This document shows, in pieces, positions 55,008-63,861 of a stretch of 64,000 nt of DNA. Made by a program: the position numbers and the translations under genes. Source of the DNA: a virus; IMG/VR virus record IMGVR_UViG_3300046660_000385, positions 53,859 through 117,858 of that record. One strand, written 5' to 3'. The notes beneath the pieces were generated by a model that saw nothing but the letters and a program-made list of their open reading frames with translations, ran no database searches and was not told the DNA's origin. Every line of letters starts with the position of its first letter. Within the stretch, counting starts at the first letter, position 1.

Positions 55008-55328
55008 TCAGGGATGGGTGGGGGTACGGCGGTGCTTCATGCCCAGCGTCAGGCCGCGCTCGCGCAGCGCGTTCTCGATTTCGTACAGCGAACGGCCACC
55101 CAGGTTCGGTATGTACAGCAGCTCACGGCTGGTGTAGCAGACCAGTTCCTCGACGGTCGTGATGCCCTCGCTGGCCAGGCAGTTGTAGGCCCGGGTACTC
55201 AGTTCCAGCTCGGCGAGCGTGGATTCTTTTGTCGCCGGGGCCGGGCCGTGCAGGCGGATGTAGTTGGCCAGGATCTCGAGGGCCTGCTGGGCCTGGTCGA
55301 CGTTGGAGACGGAGAGGGTCAGGTTCAT
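55008..55328 (-). CDS. stand-alone RNA polymerase alpha C-terminal-domain protein
   Basis: LELSTRAYNCL..EGI.TV.EL...ELL.IPNLG.RSL.EI...L..RGL.LGM. Confidence 0.88.
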   Translation of the reverse strand: MNLTLSVSNVDQAQQALEILANYIRLHGPAPATKESTLAELELSTRAYNCLASEGITTVEELVCYTSRELLYIPNLGGRSLYEIENALRERGLTLGMKHRRTPTHP

Positions 55329-56059
55329 TGGTAGAGGTGGGCGAGTTGGACACGCTCGATGCGCTGGGCCAGGTAGCGGCGCGCGGCTTCGACGCGGCGG
55401 ATGATGCGGGCCTCCTTGGCGCGGTCGCGCTCGTACTCGACGATCGTGATCCGCATGTTCAGCGGCAGCTGGTCCATCACATGCAGCTCGGGGTTCTCGT
55501 AGCCGATCAGTTCGTCGGGGGTGTCGACCAGGCAGTAGGCGACCTTCGCGCGCTCGCGGTTCCACAGCATCATGTAGCCGCGCACCTGCCACTCGTAGTC
55601 GTTCTTGTGGCCGTCCTCGGGCAGCTCGGGGAACGTCACCTTCGACCAGCTGGACTTGACGTCGATGATCTCGGTGCCAGTGTCGATGTCGCACTCGCCG
55701 GTCAGCCAGGCGTTGGTCTTGCGCTCGGTGTTCTTCTGGTAGTTCGTGAAGAACAGCTCGTTGTACAGCCGGATCGACTCGTCCTCGACGATCAGGCCCT
55801 TCTCGGTGTACTTGCTCGAGACGATGTTGTTGTAGCTGTACAGGTACTCCTTGACGATCCCGTCCAGGTGCGTCATGGCGCCGACCGACAGGCTGCTGTC
55901 GAACAGCGGCGCCAGGATCGCCTTGTCCTCGTCGGTCTTGACCTTCTTGGCGGCGAGCGCGACCAGCTCGGGGGTGTCGAGCAGGGCCGGGTCGATCGAC
56001 TTGGGGTCGGCCATGATCGTCGCCAGCGACGAGCAGCGGAACAGGAAGCCCTCGATCAC
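55325..56059 (-). CDS. YqaJ / lambda-exonuclease family protein
   Basis: RCSSL, KGL..E, TGECD...IIDVKSSW, YEWQVRGYM. Confidence 0.8.
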   Translation of the reverse strand: MIEGFLFRCSSLATIMADPKSIDPALLDTPELVALAAKKVKTDEDKAILAPLFDSSLSVGAMTHLDGIVKEYLYSYNNIVSSKYTEKGLIVEDESIRLYNELFFTNYQKNTERKTNAWLTGECDIDTGTEIIDVKSSWSKVTFPELPEDGHKNDYEWQVRGYMMLWNRERAKVAYCLVDTPDELIGYENPELHVMDQLPLNMRITIVEYERDRAKEARIIRRVEAARRYLAQRIERVQLAHLYQ

Positions 56060-56622
56060 GCGGCCTCCGGGTCGACGCCGGGTTCGCCGGCAGCGGCCTG
56101 GTCGGGTTCCTGCACCGGCGCGGCCAGCTCGGCCTCGACCGCGGCCAGGCGCGCCAGCTGGTCGGGGGTGAGGGCGTAGTCGCCGCGCAGCTTGTCGGCC
56201 GTGAAGGTGCCCTTCGTCACCGCGGCCAGCGCGGCCACCATGCGCGCTTCCGGCAGGACCGGCTTGGTGTCGCTCGGCAGCTTGGGGCGGATGCGCAGGC
56301 AGTCGACCATCTTCGGGCCGAGCTTGGTCCTGCTGGCGTACAGCGTGAAGCGGCGCCCGACCCATTCCTCGACCCAGTTGGTCTTGAACAGCTCGGCCAG
56401 CGTCTCGCGGTTGGTGATGTTCAGGATCATCGGCTTGCACTCGGCCAGGTGCGCCACGCACAGGTCCTCCTTCTTGCCGCCGCCCATCTGCACATTGAGC
56501 TGTTCCTCGATGCGCACGATGGTGACGGTCATGTCCTCGCCGTTGGGCAGCGAGTGGGCGCCGATGTAGCGGTCGTCGTGCGCCAGGCTTTTCCAGTGGG
56601 TCTTGATCGCCGGCGCGTTCAT
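56056..56622 (-). CDS. conserved phage protein, putative ssDNA-binding/annealing partner of the exonuclease
   Basis: THWK....YIGA..L, KPMILN.TN, W.G....LY, CLRIRP; occupies the recombinase slot. Confidence 0.55.
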   Translation of the reverse strand: MNAPAIKTHWKSLAHDDRYIGAHSLPNGEDMTVTIVRIEEQLNVQMGGGKKEDLCVAHLAECKPMILNITNRETLAELFKTNWVEEWVGRRFTLYASRTKLGPKMVDCLRIRPKLPSDTKPVLPEARMVAALAAVTKGTFTADKLRGDYALTPDQLARLAAVEAELAAPVQEPDQAAAGEPGVDPEAA

Positions 56623-57032
56623 TGCAGCGCTCCGAAGTCGATGAACTGCTTGATGACGGCCTCGTCGGCCTTGGCCTCGTCGCGGCTGGCGCGGCGGGCC
56701 TCGATCAGGCCGGCCTCGATCCGGGCCAGGGTCTCGAATGTCAGGCGGTTGTAGATGTCGGCGCCGCTGGTGACGACCACCTGGATCGCCTTGTCGGCGG
56801 TCTCGGCCACCACCTGGTGGGTGGCGATGACGTGCTTGAAGTCGAAGAACTCGGGGCTGCCTTCCTCGCCCGCATCGTCCAGGCTGGGGGCGCGGGCCGG
56901 GTAGCCGCGGTCGTAGGTGAACTCGACGTTCAGCGTGACCGTGCCGGGATAGTAGGCCGGCTCGCTGTCGTGCTCACGCGGGCCGACGCCCAGCGTCAGG
57001 CCGAACAGGGTGTAGGGGGCAGAGGATTCCAA
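56619..57032 (-). CDS. hypothetical protein, first gene of the leftward early operon
   Basis: SD AGGAG, TTG start. Confidence 0.65.
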   Translation of the reverse strand: MESSAPYTLFGLTLGVGPREHDSEPAYYPGTVTLNVEFTYDRGYPARAPSLDDAGEEGSPEFFDFKHVIATHQVVAETADKAIQVVVTSGADIYNRLTFETLARIEAGLIEARRASRDEAKADEAVIKQFIDFGALQ

Positions 57033-57067
57033 CGGGCGGCTCCTGTTTGTCGGTGGGAAACAGGAAC

Positions 57068-57110
57068 CAGTCTATTAAAGTTTCGCTTTAATTTACAAGG
57101 GAAAGTTAGA
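57068..57110 (-). promoter_or_regulatory. PL-like promoter with operator(s)
   Basis: TTGTAA-18-TAGACT on minus strand; perfect palindrome ATTAAAG-TTTCG-CTTTAAT 57074-57092 in the spacer; weaker site 19 bp further. Confidence 0.65.
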
Positions 57111-57226
57111 GCCTTTCAGCAAGACTTTAGATTACATCCTCGAAATCTTGTTGCGCGCGTGCAATGCAATGTAAATACAAATATCTCCATGCGACACAGA
57201 GCGCCTGCATGAGAGGAAACGAGACG

Positions 57227-57252
57227 AAAAAAAGGCCGGCGCATGGCCGGCC
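57227..57252 (-). terminator. terminator downstream of repressor gene
   Basis: GGCCGGC-CATGC-GCCGGCC then T7 on minus strand. Confidence 0.8.
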
Positions 57253-57277
57253 CTTCGATGGCGTGCGGAGAGCGGCG

Positions 57278-57907
57278 CTAGAGCGCTCCCTGCTGGGCCA
57301 CCACTCTGCCTATCAGTTTGACGGCGCTGGCCGGGACCAGCTGCTCGGGCACGTTGGCGCGGTCTGCGCACACGCGCACCATGCCGTCGATCTGGATGAA
57401 CAGGCGGCGCACCTTGAGGCCGGCCGGGGTGTCGAGCAGAAACACCTTGTCGTCCTGCAGCTCGGTCTGTTTCAGGTCGATCAGCAGCTGGCTGCCCAGC
57501 GTCATGCTGTCGTCCTGGTTGATGTATACGCGGCAGTATTCGGGCGCTACGCCCAGCGTGCGCAGGAAGTCCCTGCGGTAGGCAAAGCTGTTGTGGTCGT
57601 CGGCCAGACTGCCGACTTCGTGGTGATGTTGCACTGCTATGCCTCCTTCCTTGTCCGTCCCCAGCAATCTTACCAAAGTGTATTTTTCCGCTAATGGAAC
57701 ATTAACATCAATTCCGGCTGACAAGTATTCCGTTGTTGTTTTTAGAACTTCGGCAATTGTTTTTAACCGATGGAACGACGGCATCGCACTGAGTTCTTCC
57801 CACCCATACACCGCCTGCTGGGTGACGCCACACTTTTCCGCAAGCTGGACACGACTCAGTCCTCCCTTCTCTCTGCAGCGCTTGATGCGGTCATGAATTG
57901 TTGGCAC
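57278..57907 (-). CDS. cI: CI-like repressor (XRE HTH plus degenerate S24 domain)
   Basis: SD GAGGAGG, GTG 57907; RIKRCRE..GLS..QLAEKCGVTQQAVYGWE; DDSM...VRRL; divergent from cro-like gene. Confidence 0.85.
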   Translation of the reverse strand: MPTIHDRIKRCREKGGLSRVQLAEKCGVTQQAVYGWEELSAMPSFHRLKTIAEVLKTTTEYLSAGIDVNVPLAEKYTLVRLLGTDKEGGIAVQHHHEVGSLADDHNSFAYRRDFLRTLGVAPEYCRVYINQDDSMTLGSQLLIDLKQTELQDDKVFLLDTPAGLKVRRLFIQIDGMVRVCADRANVPEQLVPASAVKLIGRVVAQQGAL

Positions 57908-57966
57908 GACGACCTCCTCATTATGGTGTGGTTGATTTACAAGGCGCAACATATCACAGCGTTACT

Positions 57967-58025
57967 ATAAGCGGCGCTTGATTCCACAAAGTTTCACTTG
58001 ATATTTAAAGTGTTGCTTGTAGAAT
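57967..58025. promoter_or_regulatory. OR-like triple operator and PR promoter
   Basis: AAG-N5-CTTG at 57969, 57989, 58008; TTGATA-16-TAGAAT ending 7 nt before ATG 58033. Confidence 0.7.
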
Positions 58026-58032
58026 AAAGTGC

Positions 58033-58605
58033 ATGAAAAAAATTTCCGCACGGATGCGCGCCGCCCGCCGGCGCCGCGAACAGGAGTCCCTGGCGATCGC
58101 CGCCGCCGAGGCCGGCTCGTACAGCGCGCTGGCGCGCCAGATCGGCGTCTCCCCGCAGGCCGTGCAGCAGTGGGCCAAAAAACGGGTCCCGGTGCGGCGC
58201 TGCAGCGGGATCGAGCGCGCCAGCTGCGGCGCGGTCCAGTGTGAGCAGCTCAACGAGGACTACAACCTGGTCGAGGACCGGCCCTACCGCCGCCCCGCGC
58301 CGACCGACGCGGTCTACATTTCCGGTCCGATGACCGGCAAGCCGGACCTGAATTTTCCGTCATTCAACGCCGAAGCGGCCCGCCTGCGCAACCTCGGTTT
58401 GCGCGTGGTCAACCCGGCCGAGATCCAGCTGCCGCCCGAGACGTCCTGGGCCGGCTTCCTGCGCTACGACATCATCGCCATGCTGAGCCACTGCGACACG
58501 GTCGTCGTGCTGCCGGGCTGGAACCGCTCGAAGGGCGCCCAGCTCGAGGTCTACCTGGCGCGCCAGCTGGAGATGCGCGTGGTCAAGGCCGGGTCGCTCC
58601 GATGA
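58033..58605 (+). CDS. Cro-like HTH fused to DUF4406 (nucleoside deoxyribosyltransferase-like) domain
   Basis: ALARQIGVSPQAVQQW...VP..RC..IE; VYISGPMTG...N.P.F, VVNPAE, LPGW..SKGA.LE. Confidence 0.8.
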   Translation: MKKISARMRAARRRREQESLAIAAAEAGSYSALARQIGVSPQAVQQWAKKRVPVRRCSGIERASCGAVQCEQLNEDYNLVEDRPYRRPAPTDAVYISGPMTGKPDLNFPSFNAEAARLRNLGLRVVNPAEIQLPPETSWAGFLRYDIIAMLSHCDTVVVLPGWNRSKGAQLEVYLARQLEMRVVKAGSLR

Positions 58606-59006
58606 AGCGCACCGCGATCCTCAAGCGCAGCGGGTTTTCGACCAGGGCGCGTGAAAAACAGCCGACCTCGCGCGCCAGGGCCGGCCTCAAAAGCCGCCAG
58701 CGCGCGGTCAGCGCGGTCGAGGCGGCCTACTGGGACCGCCTGGCCACCGAGGTCGGCTGCATCGCCTGCCGCGTGGCTGGCCTGGCGACCTCGGACTACG
58801 TCTCGATCCACCACGTCGACGGCCGGACCAAGCCGGGCTGCCACCTGAACGTTTTGCCCCTGTGCGCAGGACACCATCAACAGGGCACCGGCAACGACAA
58901 GAGCCTGGTCGCGGTGCACCCGAACAAAGCCCGCTTCGAGCAGCTGTACGGCACCCAGGCCGAGCTGCGCCTGCTCTGCAACCAGTACCTGGGGGTCAAC
59001 CCATGA
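58602..59006 (+). CDS. Ref-family (recombination enhancement) HNH nuclease
   Basis: Basic N-terminus, GCIAC, IHH.DGRT, VLPLC..HH, FE..YG. Confidence 0.8.
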   Translation: MKRTAILKRSGFSTRAREKQPTSRARAGLKSRQRAVSAVEAAYWDRLATEVGCIACRVAGLATSDYVSIHHVDGRTKPGCHLNVLPLCAGHHQQGTGNDKSLVAVHPNKARFEQLYGTQAELRLLCNQYLGVNP

Positions 59007-59434
59007 TGGACCGCAGCAAGGCCGCGCAGTATTTTATTGTCGCCTGGGTCAAGGACTGGTCCCTGCTGACCTACCTGCAGGTGCTGGGCGACGGTGGCCC
59101 GCGCATCCGGTTCAGCGAGGCACAGCAGTTCTACCCCTGGCTGCCCGGCATCCGGCCGTTCATCAAGAACCATCTGGTGCGCACCCACCTGGCCGAATCG
59201 AACCGCCCGCTGTCCGATGCGCTGTGGAATGCCCCCGACAACCGGGCGCGCCTGGCGCTGGCCCCGCAGGTCGAGGCGTTCGTGTTCACCAGGCGCATGG
59301 CCGGCTATATCTCCGAGGCCCGCCGGGAAACCTTCGCCGCACTGCGGGTGGCGGACAAGACCCGCCTGCTGATCGAGGCCGACGTCGAGGACCAGCGCCG
59401 CAATGCCGGCCACCACTGGAAGGTGTGCAAATGA
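59003..59434 (+). CDS. hypothetical protein
   Basis: ATGA overlaps on both sides. Confidence 0.65.
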   Translation: MMDRSKAAQYFIVAWVKDWSLLTYLQVLGDGGPRIRFSEAQQFYPWLPGIRPFIKNHLVRTHLAESNRPLSDALWNAPDNRARLALAPQVEAFVFTRRMAGYISEARRETFAALRVADKTRLLIEADVEDQRRNAGHHWKVCK

Positions 59435-59766
59435 GCGCGGTCGACGACGACCTGGGCGCGCCGAGCGCCGAGGAAATGATCGACCTGCTGCAGGAGGAGG
59501 TCGAGATCCTGACCGGCCAGCTCGACGCGCTGTCCAGCGGCCACCGCGGCGACCTGCTGGCGGCCGAGATCCGCGCGCGCTTCGGGATCAAGCGCCGCCT
59601 CGACCAGGAGCTGGCCCGCGTCAAGGACCTGGAGAAGGAGCGCAACCACTACAAGACCGAGCTGCTGCGCCAGCGCACCCTGGTGCGCGAGCTGGTGGCC
59701 CTGGTCGAGGCGCCCAGCGAACACGACCTGCTCGAGCGCGTGCGCAAACTGGTGCGGGGCGTGTGA
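59431..59766 (+). CDS. coiled-coil hypothetical protein
   Basis: ATGA overlap; heptad pattern. Confidence 0.65.
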   Translation: MSAVDDDLGAPSAEEMIDLLQEEVEILTGQLDALSSGHRGDLLAAEIRARFGIKRRLDQELARVKDLEKERNHYKTELLRQRTLVRELVALVEAPSEHDLLERVRKLVRGV

Positions 59767-61251
59767 ATGGAAAACTTCGGCGACCTGCGCGACTACCAGA
59801 TCGACGCCATCGAGCAGATCCGCAACGCGATCCGCGCCGGCTACCGCCGCATCTGCCTGGTGGCCCCGACCGGCTCCGGTAAAACCAAGATCGGCGCCTT
59901 CATGGTCAAGGAGACGGCAAAAAAGGGCAACCGCGCCGCCTTCGTCTGCGACCGCATCAACCTGATCGACCAGACCTCCCGCGTGTTCGACGCCGAGGGG
60001 ATCTCGCACGGCGTGGTGCAGGCCCAGCATCCGCGCGTGGCGCCGTGGGAGCGCGTCCAGGTGTGCTCCAGCCAGACCCTGGCGCGGCGCGTCTGGCCCT
60101 CCAGCGTGGTGGTCATGATCGACGAGTGCCACACGATCAGCCAGACCGTCAAGACCCGCATGGCGCAGGACGACGGCTCGACGATCTTCATCGGCCTCAC
60201 CGCCACCCCGTTTACACGCGGCCTCGACAAGATGTACGAGGTGCTCATCAATGTCGCCACCACCAACGACCTGATCCGGCGCGGGTTCCTCTCTCCGTTT
60301 CGGATCTTCGCCGCGCGCGAGCCGGACATGACCGGGGTGCCGATCGTGAACGGCGAGTTCGACATCGGCGAGACCAGTTCGCGTGCCCGTAAAGTGGTCG
60401 GCGATTGCGTGGCCGAGTACCTGCGCCTCGGCCAGGACCGCAAGTTCATCTGCTCGGCGGTCGACACCGCCCATGTCCAGGAGCTGGAGCGCCAGTTCCT
60501 GGCCGCCGGCGTGATGACCCGCGCCTACACCTACCGCGAGGACGACGTCGAGCGCGCCGAGGTGGTCGAGGAGTTCCGCCGGCCCGACTCCAGCATCCGC
60601 GGCCTGATTACCGTGACGGCGGCGAGCAAAGGTTTCGATGTGCCCGACATCGGCGTGGTCATCATGGCGCGCCCGCTGGCCAACTCGCTGGCCGAGTACA
60701 TCCAGCTGTTCGGGCGTGGCCTGCGCATCGCCGACGGCAAGGACACCTGCATCGTGCTGGACCACTCGGGCAACTCGGAGCGCTTCTGGGACGACTGGAC
60801 CCGCTTCTTCGCCGAGGGCGCGCTGGATTTCGTGCGCGGGCGCAGGAAGCAGGCCAGCAAGAACGCCGAGAAGGCCGAGGCGAAGCCGGTGAAATGCCCG
60901 GCCTGCAAGCACCTGCACCACCCGATGCCGTACTGCCCCAGCTGCGGCCATGTCTACCCGCCGAAGGAGGCCGTGCGCCACGAGCCGGGCAGCCTGGTCG
61001 AACTGCTGGCCGCCTACAGCCCCGCACAGGTGGCCGACGACCTGTACCCGCAGGTGGTGCACGAGGCGATCCGCCGCAACAAGACCGAGGCCTGGGCCAA
61101 GAACCGCTTCGTCCGCATGACCGGCTACCCGGCGCCGAGTACCCGCTTCGAGGACGTGGTGGCGGTGCCGGCCAAGGAGTACGTGCGCGGCAAGCTCAAG
61201 TCGATCGACATCGCGCTGGGCAAGAAGTTCGGTTTCAGGAAGGGCGCCTGA
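59767..61251 (+). CDS. SF2 DExH helicase with C-terminal zinc finger
   Basis: LRDYQ, APTGSGKT, IDECH, GLTATP, GFDVPD, QLFGRGLR, CPAC..CPSCG. Confidence 0.93.
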   Translation: MENFGDLRDYQIDAIEQIRNAIRAGYRRICLVAPTGSGKTKIGAFMVKETAKKGNRAAFVCDRINLIDQTSRVFDAEGISHGVVQAQHPRVAPWERVQVCSSQTLARRVWPSSVVVMIDECHTISQTVKTRMAQDDGSTIFIGLTATPFTRGLDKMYEVLINVATTNDLIRRGFLSPFRIFAAREPDMTGVPIVNGEFDIGETSSRARKVVGDCVAEYLRLGQDRKFICSAVDTAHVQELERQFLAAGVMTRAYTYREDDVERAEVVEEFRRPDSSIRGLITVTAASKGFDVPDIGVVIMARPLANSLAEYIQLFGRGLRIADGKDTCIVLDHSGNSERFWDDWTRFFAEGALDFVRGRRKQASKNAEKAEAKPVKCPACKHLHHPMPYCPSCGHVYPPKEAVRHEPGSLVELLAAYSPAQVADDLYPQVVHEAIRRNKTEAWAKNRFVRMTGYPAPSTRFEDVVAVPAKEYVRGKLKSIDIALGKKFGFRKGA

Positions 61252-62141
61252 TGGATTTCTATAACACCCTGCTGGCCGCCGGCCTGCTCCCGCGCGAGGT
61301 GACGCCGAACGGCAAGTGGTATCGCTGCGCCACCGCTGACAAGCCGAAGAAGAAGAACGGCGCCTACATGCTGCGCATCGACGGCCGCCGCGGCTACTAC
61401 AAGGATTACCAGGTCGACGAGGAATGGGTCGAGTGGCGCGACGAGACCCCGGTCTCGCCGATCGAGAGAAAGCGCATCCAGAAAGACCTGGCCGCGCTGC
61501 GCCGGCGCGAGTTCGAGAAGGCCGCGCGCGCCTACCGGGCGATGGTCATCTACTACCAGTCGCTGCCGCGCCTGGTCGACGGCCACCCCTACCTGACCCG
61601 CAAGGGCCTGACCATGCTCGGCGGCGACAAGCTGCGCCTGGACGGCGAGGTGCTGGTCTGGCCGCTGTTCAGGGACGGCCGCCTGGCCACCGTGCAGCGG
61701 ATCTGGCCGGACGGCACCAAGAGGAACTATACGGGCTGCTCCACGCGCGAGGTCTCGCTGGTCCTGCAGCGCCCCGGCGCCGTGCTGCACGCCTACACCG
61801 AGGGGTTCGCCACCGGCCTGGCGATCTTCCAGAACCTGCCGAATTCGCAGGTCGAGATCTGCCTGGACGCCGGGAACCTGGTCGCGGTGGCGAAACGCGC
61901 CAGGGTCGAGGGCCTGGCCGTGGTGTGCGGCGACAACGACTGGGAAACCTGCGCGCGCCGTGGCGTCAATCCGGGCATCGAGAAGGCCACCGAGGCGGCC
62001 GCGCTGCTCGGCTGCGGGATGGCGTACCCGGAAAACATCATCGGCACTGACTGGGCCGACGCGCTGATGGAATGGGGCGACGACGGTCCCCGGCGCCTGC
62101 GCATGGCCTTGATGCGGGCGGCGCGGCCGGTGTTCCGGTAG
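61251..62141 (+). CDS. TOPRIM-domain primase-like protein
   Basis: HPYL.RKG, TEGFATG, DAGNL, CGDND, TDWAD; TGATG coupling to helicase. Confidence 0.85.
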   Translation: MDFYNTLLAAGLLPREVTPNGKWYRCATADKPKKKNGAYMLRIDGRRGYYKDYQVDEEWVEWRDETPVSPIERKRIQKDLAALRRREFEKAARAYRAMVIYYQSLPRLVDGHPYLTRKGLTMLGGDKLRLDGEVLVWPLFRDGRLATVQRIWPDGTKRNYTGCSTREVSLVLQRPGAVLHAYTEGFATGLAIFQNLPNSQVEICLDAGNLVAVAKRARVEGLAVVCGDNDWETCARRGVNPGIEKATEAAALLGCGMAYPENIIGTDWADALMEWGDDGPRRLRMALMRAARPVFR

Positions 62142-62427
62142 CGCAGCAGGGTGGAGCGGACGACACCCTTATCAAACGAGACGGACCTGCATCGGTCCCC
62201 ACCGCAAAAAGACCGGCCCCTGCCCACCTTGCAGGCGAGCCGACGCGGCGTTGCTGAAGCGACCGCAGCAAGACCTGGTGCCAAGGGGGTGAGACAACGC
62301 CAGGTCGAGGGAAATTCAGACTCCAGCGAGTGGCGTGGTGGTCGGCGAAACAGCCGGACATGGCGCGGATGAGAGCGAAGTGGCGGTGCAACTGCCACCC
62401 CTCTCACCTTTGGACCCTGCTGGGCGC
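62141..62427 (+). ncRNA. candidate structured RNA or ssDNA origin element
   Basis: Non-coding gap closed by CAGCAGGGT/ACCCTGCTG and containing about six internal stems. Confidence 0.4.
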
Positions 62428-62459
62428 ACGGTTTTGTTGGTCAACCACGAAAGGGCATC

Positions 62460-63032
62460 ATGAACGTAGAAATCTTCAGCATCCTGGACAAGAGCGGCTC
62501 GATGTCGCACCTGCGCCACGACACCATTGCCGGCTACAACACCTTCCTGGGCGAGCAGCGCACCGTGCCGGGCAAGGCCCGCGCCACGCTGGTCCTGTTC
62601 AACGACCAGATCGAGACGCTGTACGAGGGCGTCAACATCGCCCACCTGGGCAACATGACCAGCGTGCACTACGAGCCTTCCGGCACCACGGCGGTGTGGG
62701 ACGCGATCGGCATGACGCTGACACGCCAGCTGGCGCGCATCGCCCGCGAAGCCTGGGCCGACAAGGTGATCGTCAACGTCGTCACCGACGACGGCGACAA
62801 CGCCAGCCGCGAGTTCACCGAGGAGAGCGCGCGCGCCCTGCGCCGCCAGGTCGAGCAGGAGCACGGCTGGATCGTGCGCTGGGACGCCTGCGGCAAGGCG
62901 GCGCTGGCCAGCGCCCACAACCTGGGGATCGACCTGGCCTTCGTGCGCTCCTACGAGCCGACCGCGCAGGGTGTGGCCGAGACCTACGCCACCATGAGCG
63001 CGTTCGCCACCAGCGTGCGTACCCAGGCCTGA
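62460..63032 (+). CDS. vWA domain protein
   Basis: ILDKSGSM MIDAS, TAVWDAIG, VTDD.DNAS. Confidence 0.85.
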   Translation: MNVEIFSILDKSGSMSHLRHDTIAGYNTFLGEQRTVPGKARATLVLFNDQIETLYEGVNIAHLGNMTSVHYEPSGTTAVWDAIGMTLTRQLARIAREAWADKVIVNVVTDDGDNASREFTEESARALRRQVEQEHGWIVRWDACGKAALASAHNLGIDLAFVRSYEPTAQGVAETYATMSAFATSVRTQA

Positions 63033-63457
63033 TGATCCGCGTGCCCCGCCCCCCGCGCCCGGTGGCGCCCGCGACCCGCAAGATCGGGGTCTCGCGCGAC
63101 TTCGTGCTCGACTTCAACAAGCTGGCCTGGTTCTACGACTGGGAGCTGGCCGACATCGAGTTCGAGAAGGTGCGCATCCGCATCAACCAGGCCGCGATGG
63201 ACGACGTCCCGCGCCTGGCGCGCGTGATCCGTGCACTGGAGCTGGTGGCGAGGCACTACGGCTGGACGCCCCACGACATGGGCCAGTGGCGCATCCCCCT
63301 GCGCCACCCCGGCCCGGACCGCGACTTCATCCTGAACCTGGCGCGTGCGATCGAGCACGGCTACCGCCAGACCCCTGACAACAACCATCAGCGCCTGGCG
63401 GCGTGGCTGGCAAGCCGCGGCCTGGACCCGGTGCATGCCGACGGAGAGCACGCATGA
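63032..63457 (+). CDS. hypothetical protein
   Basis: TGATG coupling; GC3-rich. Confidence 0.65.
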   Translation: MIRVPRPPRPVAPATRKIGVSRDFVLDFNKLAWFYDWELADIEFEKVRIRINQAAMDDVPRLARVIRALELVARHYGWTPHDMGQWRIPLRHPGPDRDFILNLARAIEHGYRQTPDNNHQRLAAWLASRGLDPVHADGEHA

Positions 63458-63861
63458 AGATGCCGAACACCAGCAGCAACCAGTACAAGATCATCAAGCT
63501 GCTGCTCAACGGGGAGGCGATCACGCCCGAGGAGGGCGTGGTCCTGCACGGCACGCTGCGCCTGACGCTGGCCGAGATCTCCGAGCTGTACCGCGACCTG
63601 GTGGTGCGCGGCTGCGCGGTCACGGTCGGGGACGCCGGCCCGCGCATCCGGGCCAGCGATGCGCTGCTGGAAAAGTACGGCCTGATCGAAACCCCGGTCG
63701 ACCCGTCGCGGCCCAAGGTGCCGCCGCGCGAAATGCCGCCGTTCAGGCCGCTGGCGCGCCAGAACATCCCGTCCTCGCGCGGCCGCCGCGAGGGCAGCAA
63801 CGACCTGCGCGACCTGCCCAGCCACTACGGCAACTGCGCCGGCGCCAAGGAGAAAGCATGA
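63454..63861 (+). CDS. hypothetical protein, possible winged-helix
   Basis: SD GGAG, ATGA overlap. Confidence 0.6.
   Translation: MKMPNTSSNQYKIIKLLLNGEAITPEEGVVLHGTLRLTLAEISELYRDLVVRGCAVTVGDAGPRIRASDALLEKYGLIETPVDPSRPKVPPREMPPFRPLARQNIPSSRGRREGSNDLRDLPSHYGNCAGAKEKA

Noticed and set aside
62307-62330. GAGGGAAATTCAGACTCC resembling the RNase P RNA P4 5' strand
   Set aside because: Only a loose match, and the conserved 3' P4 partner is not found
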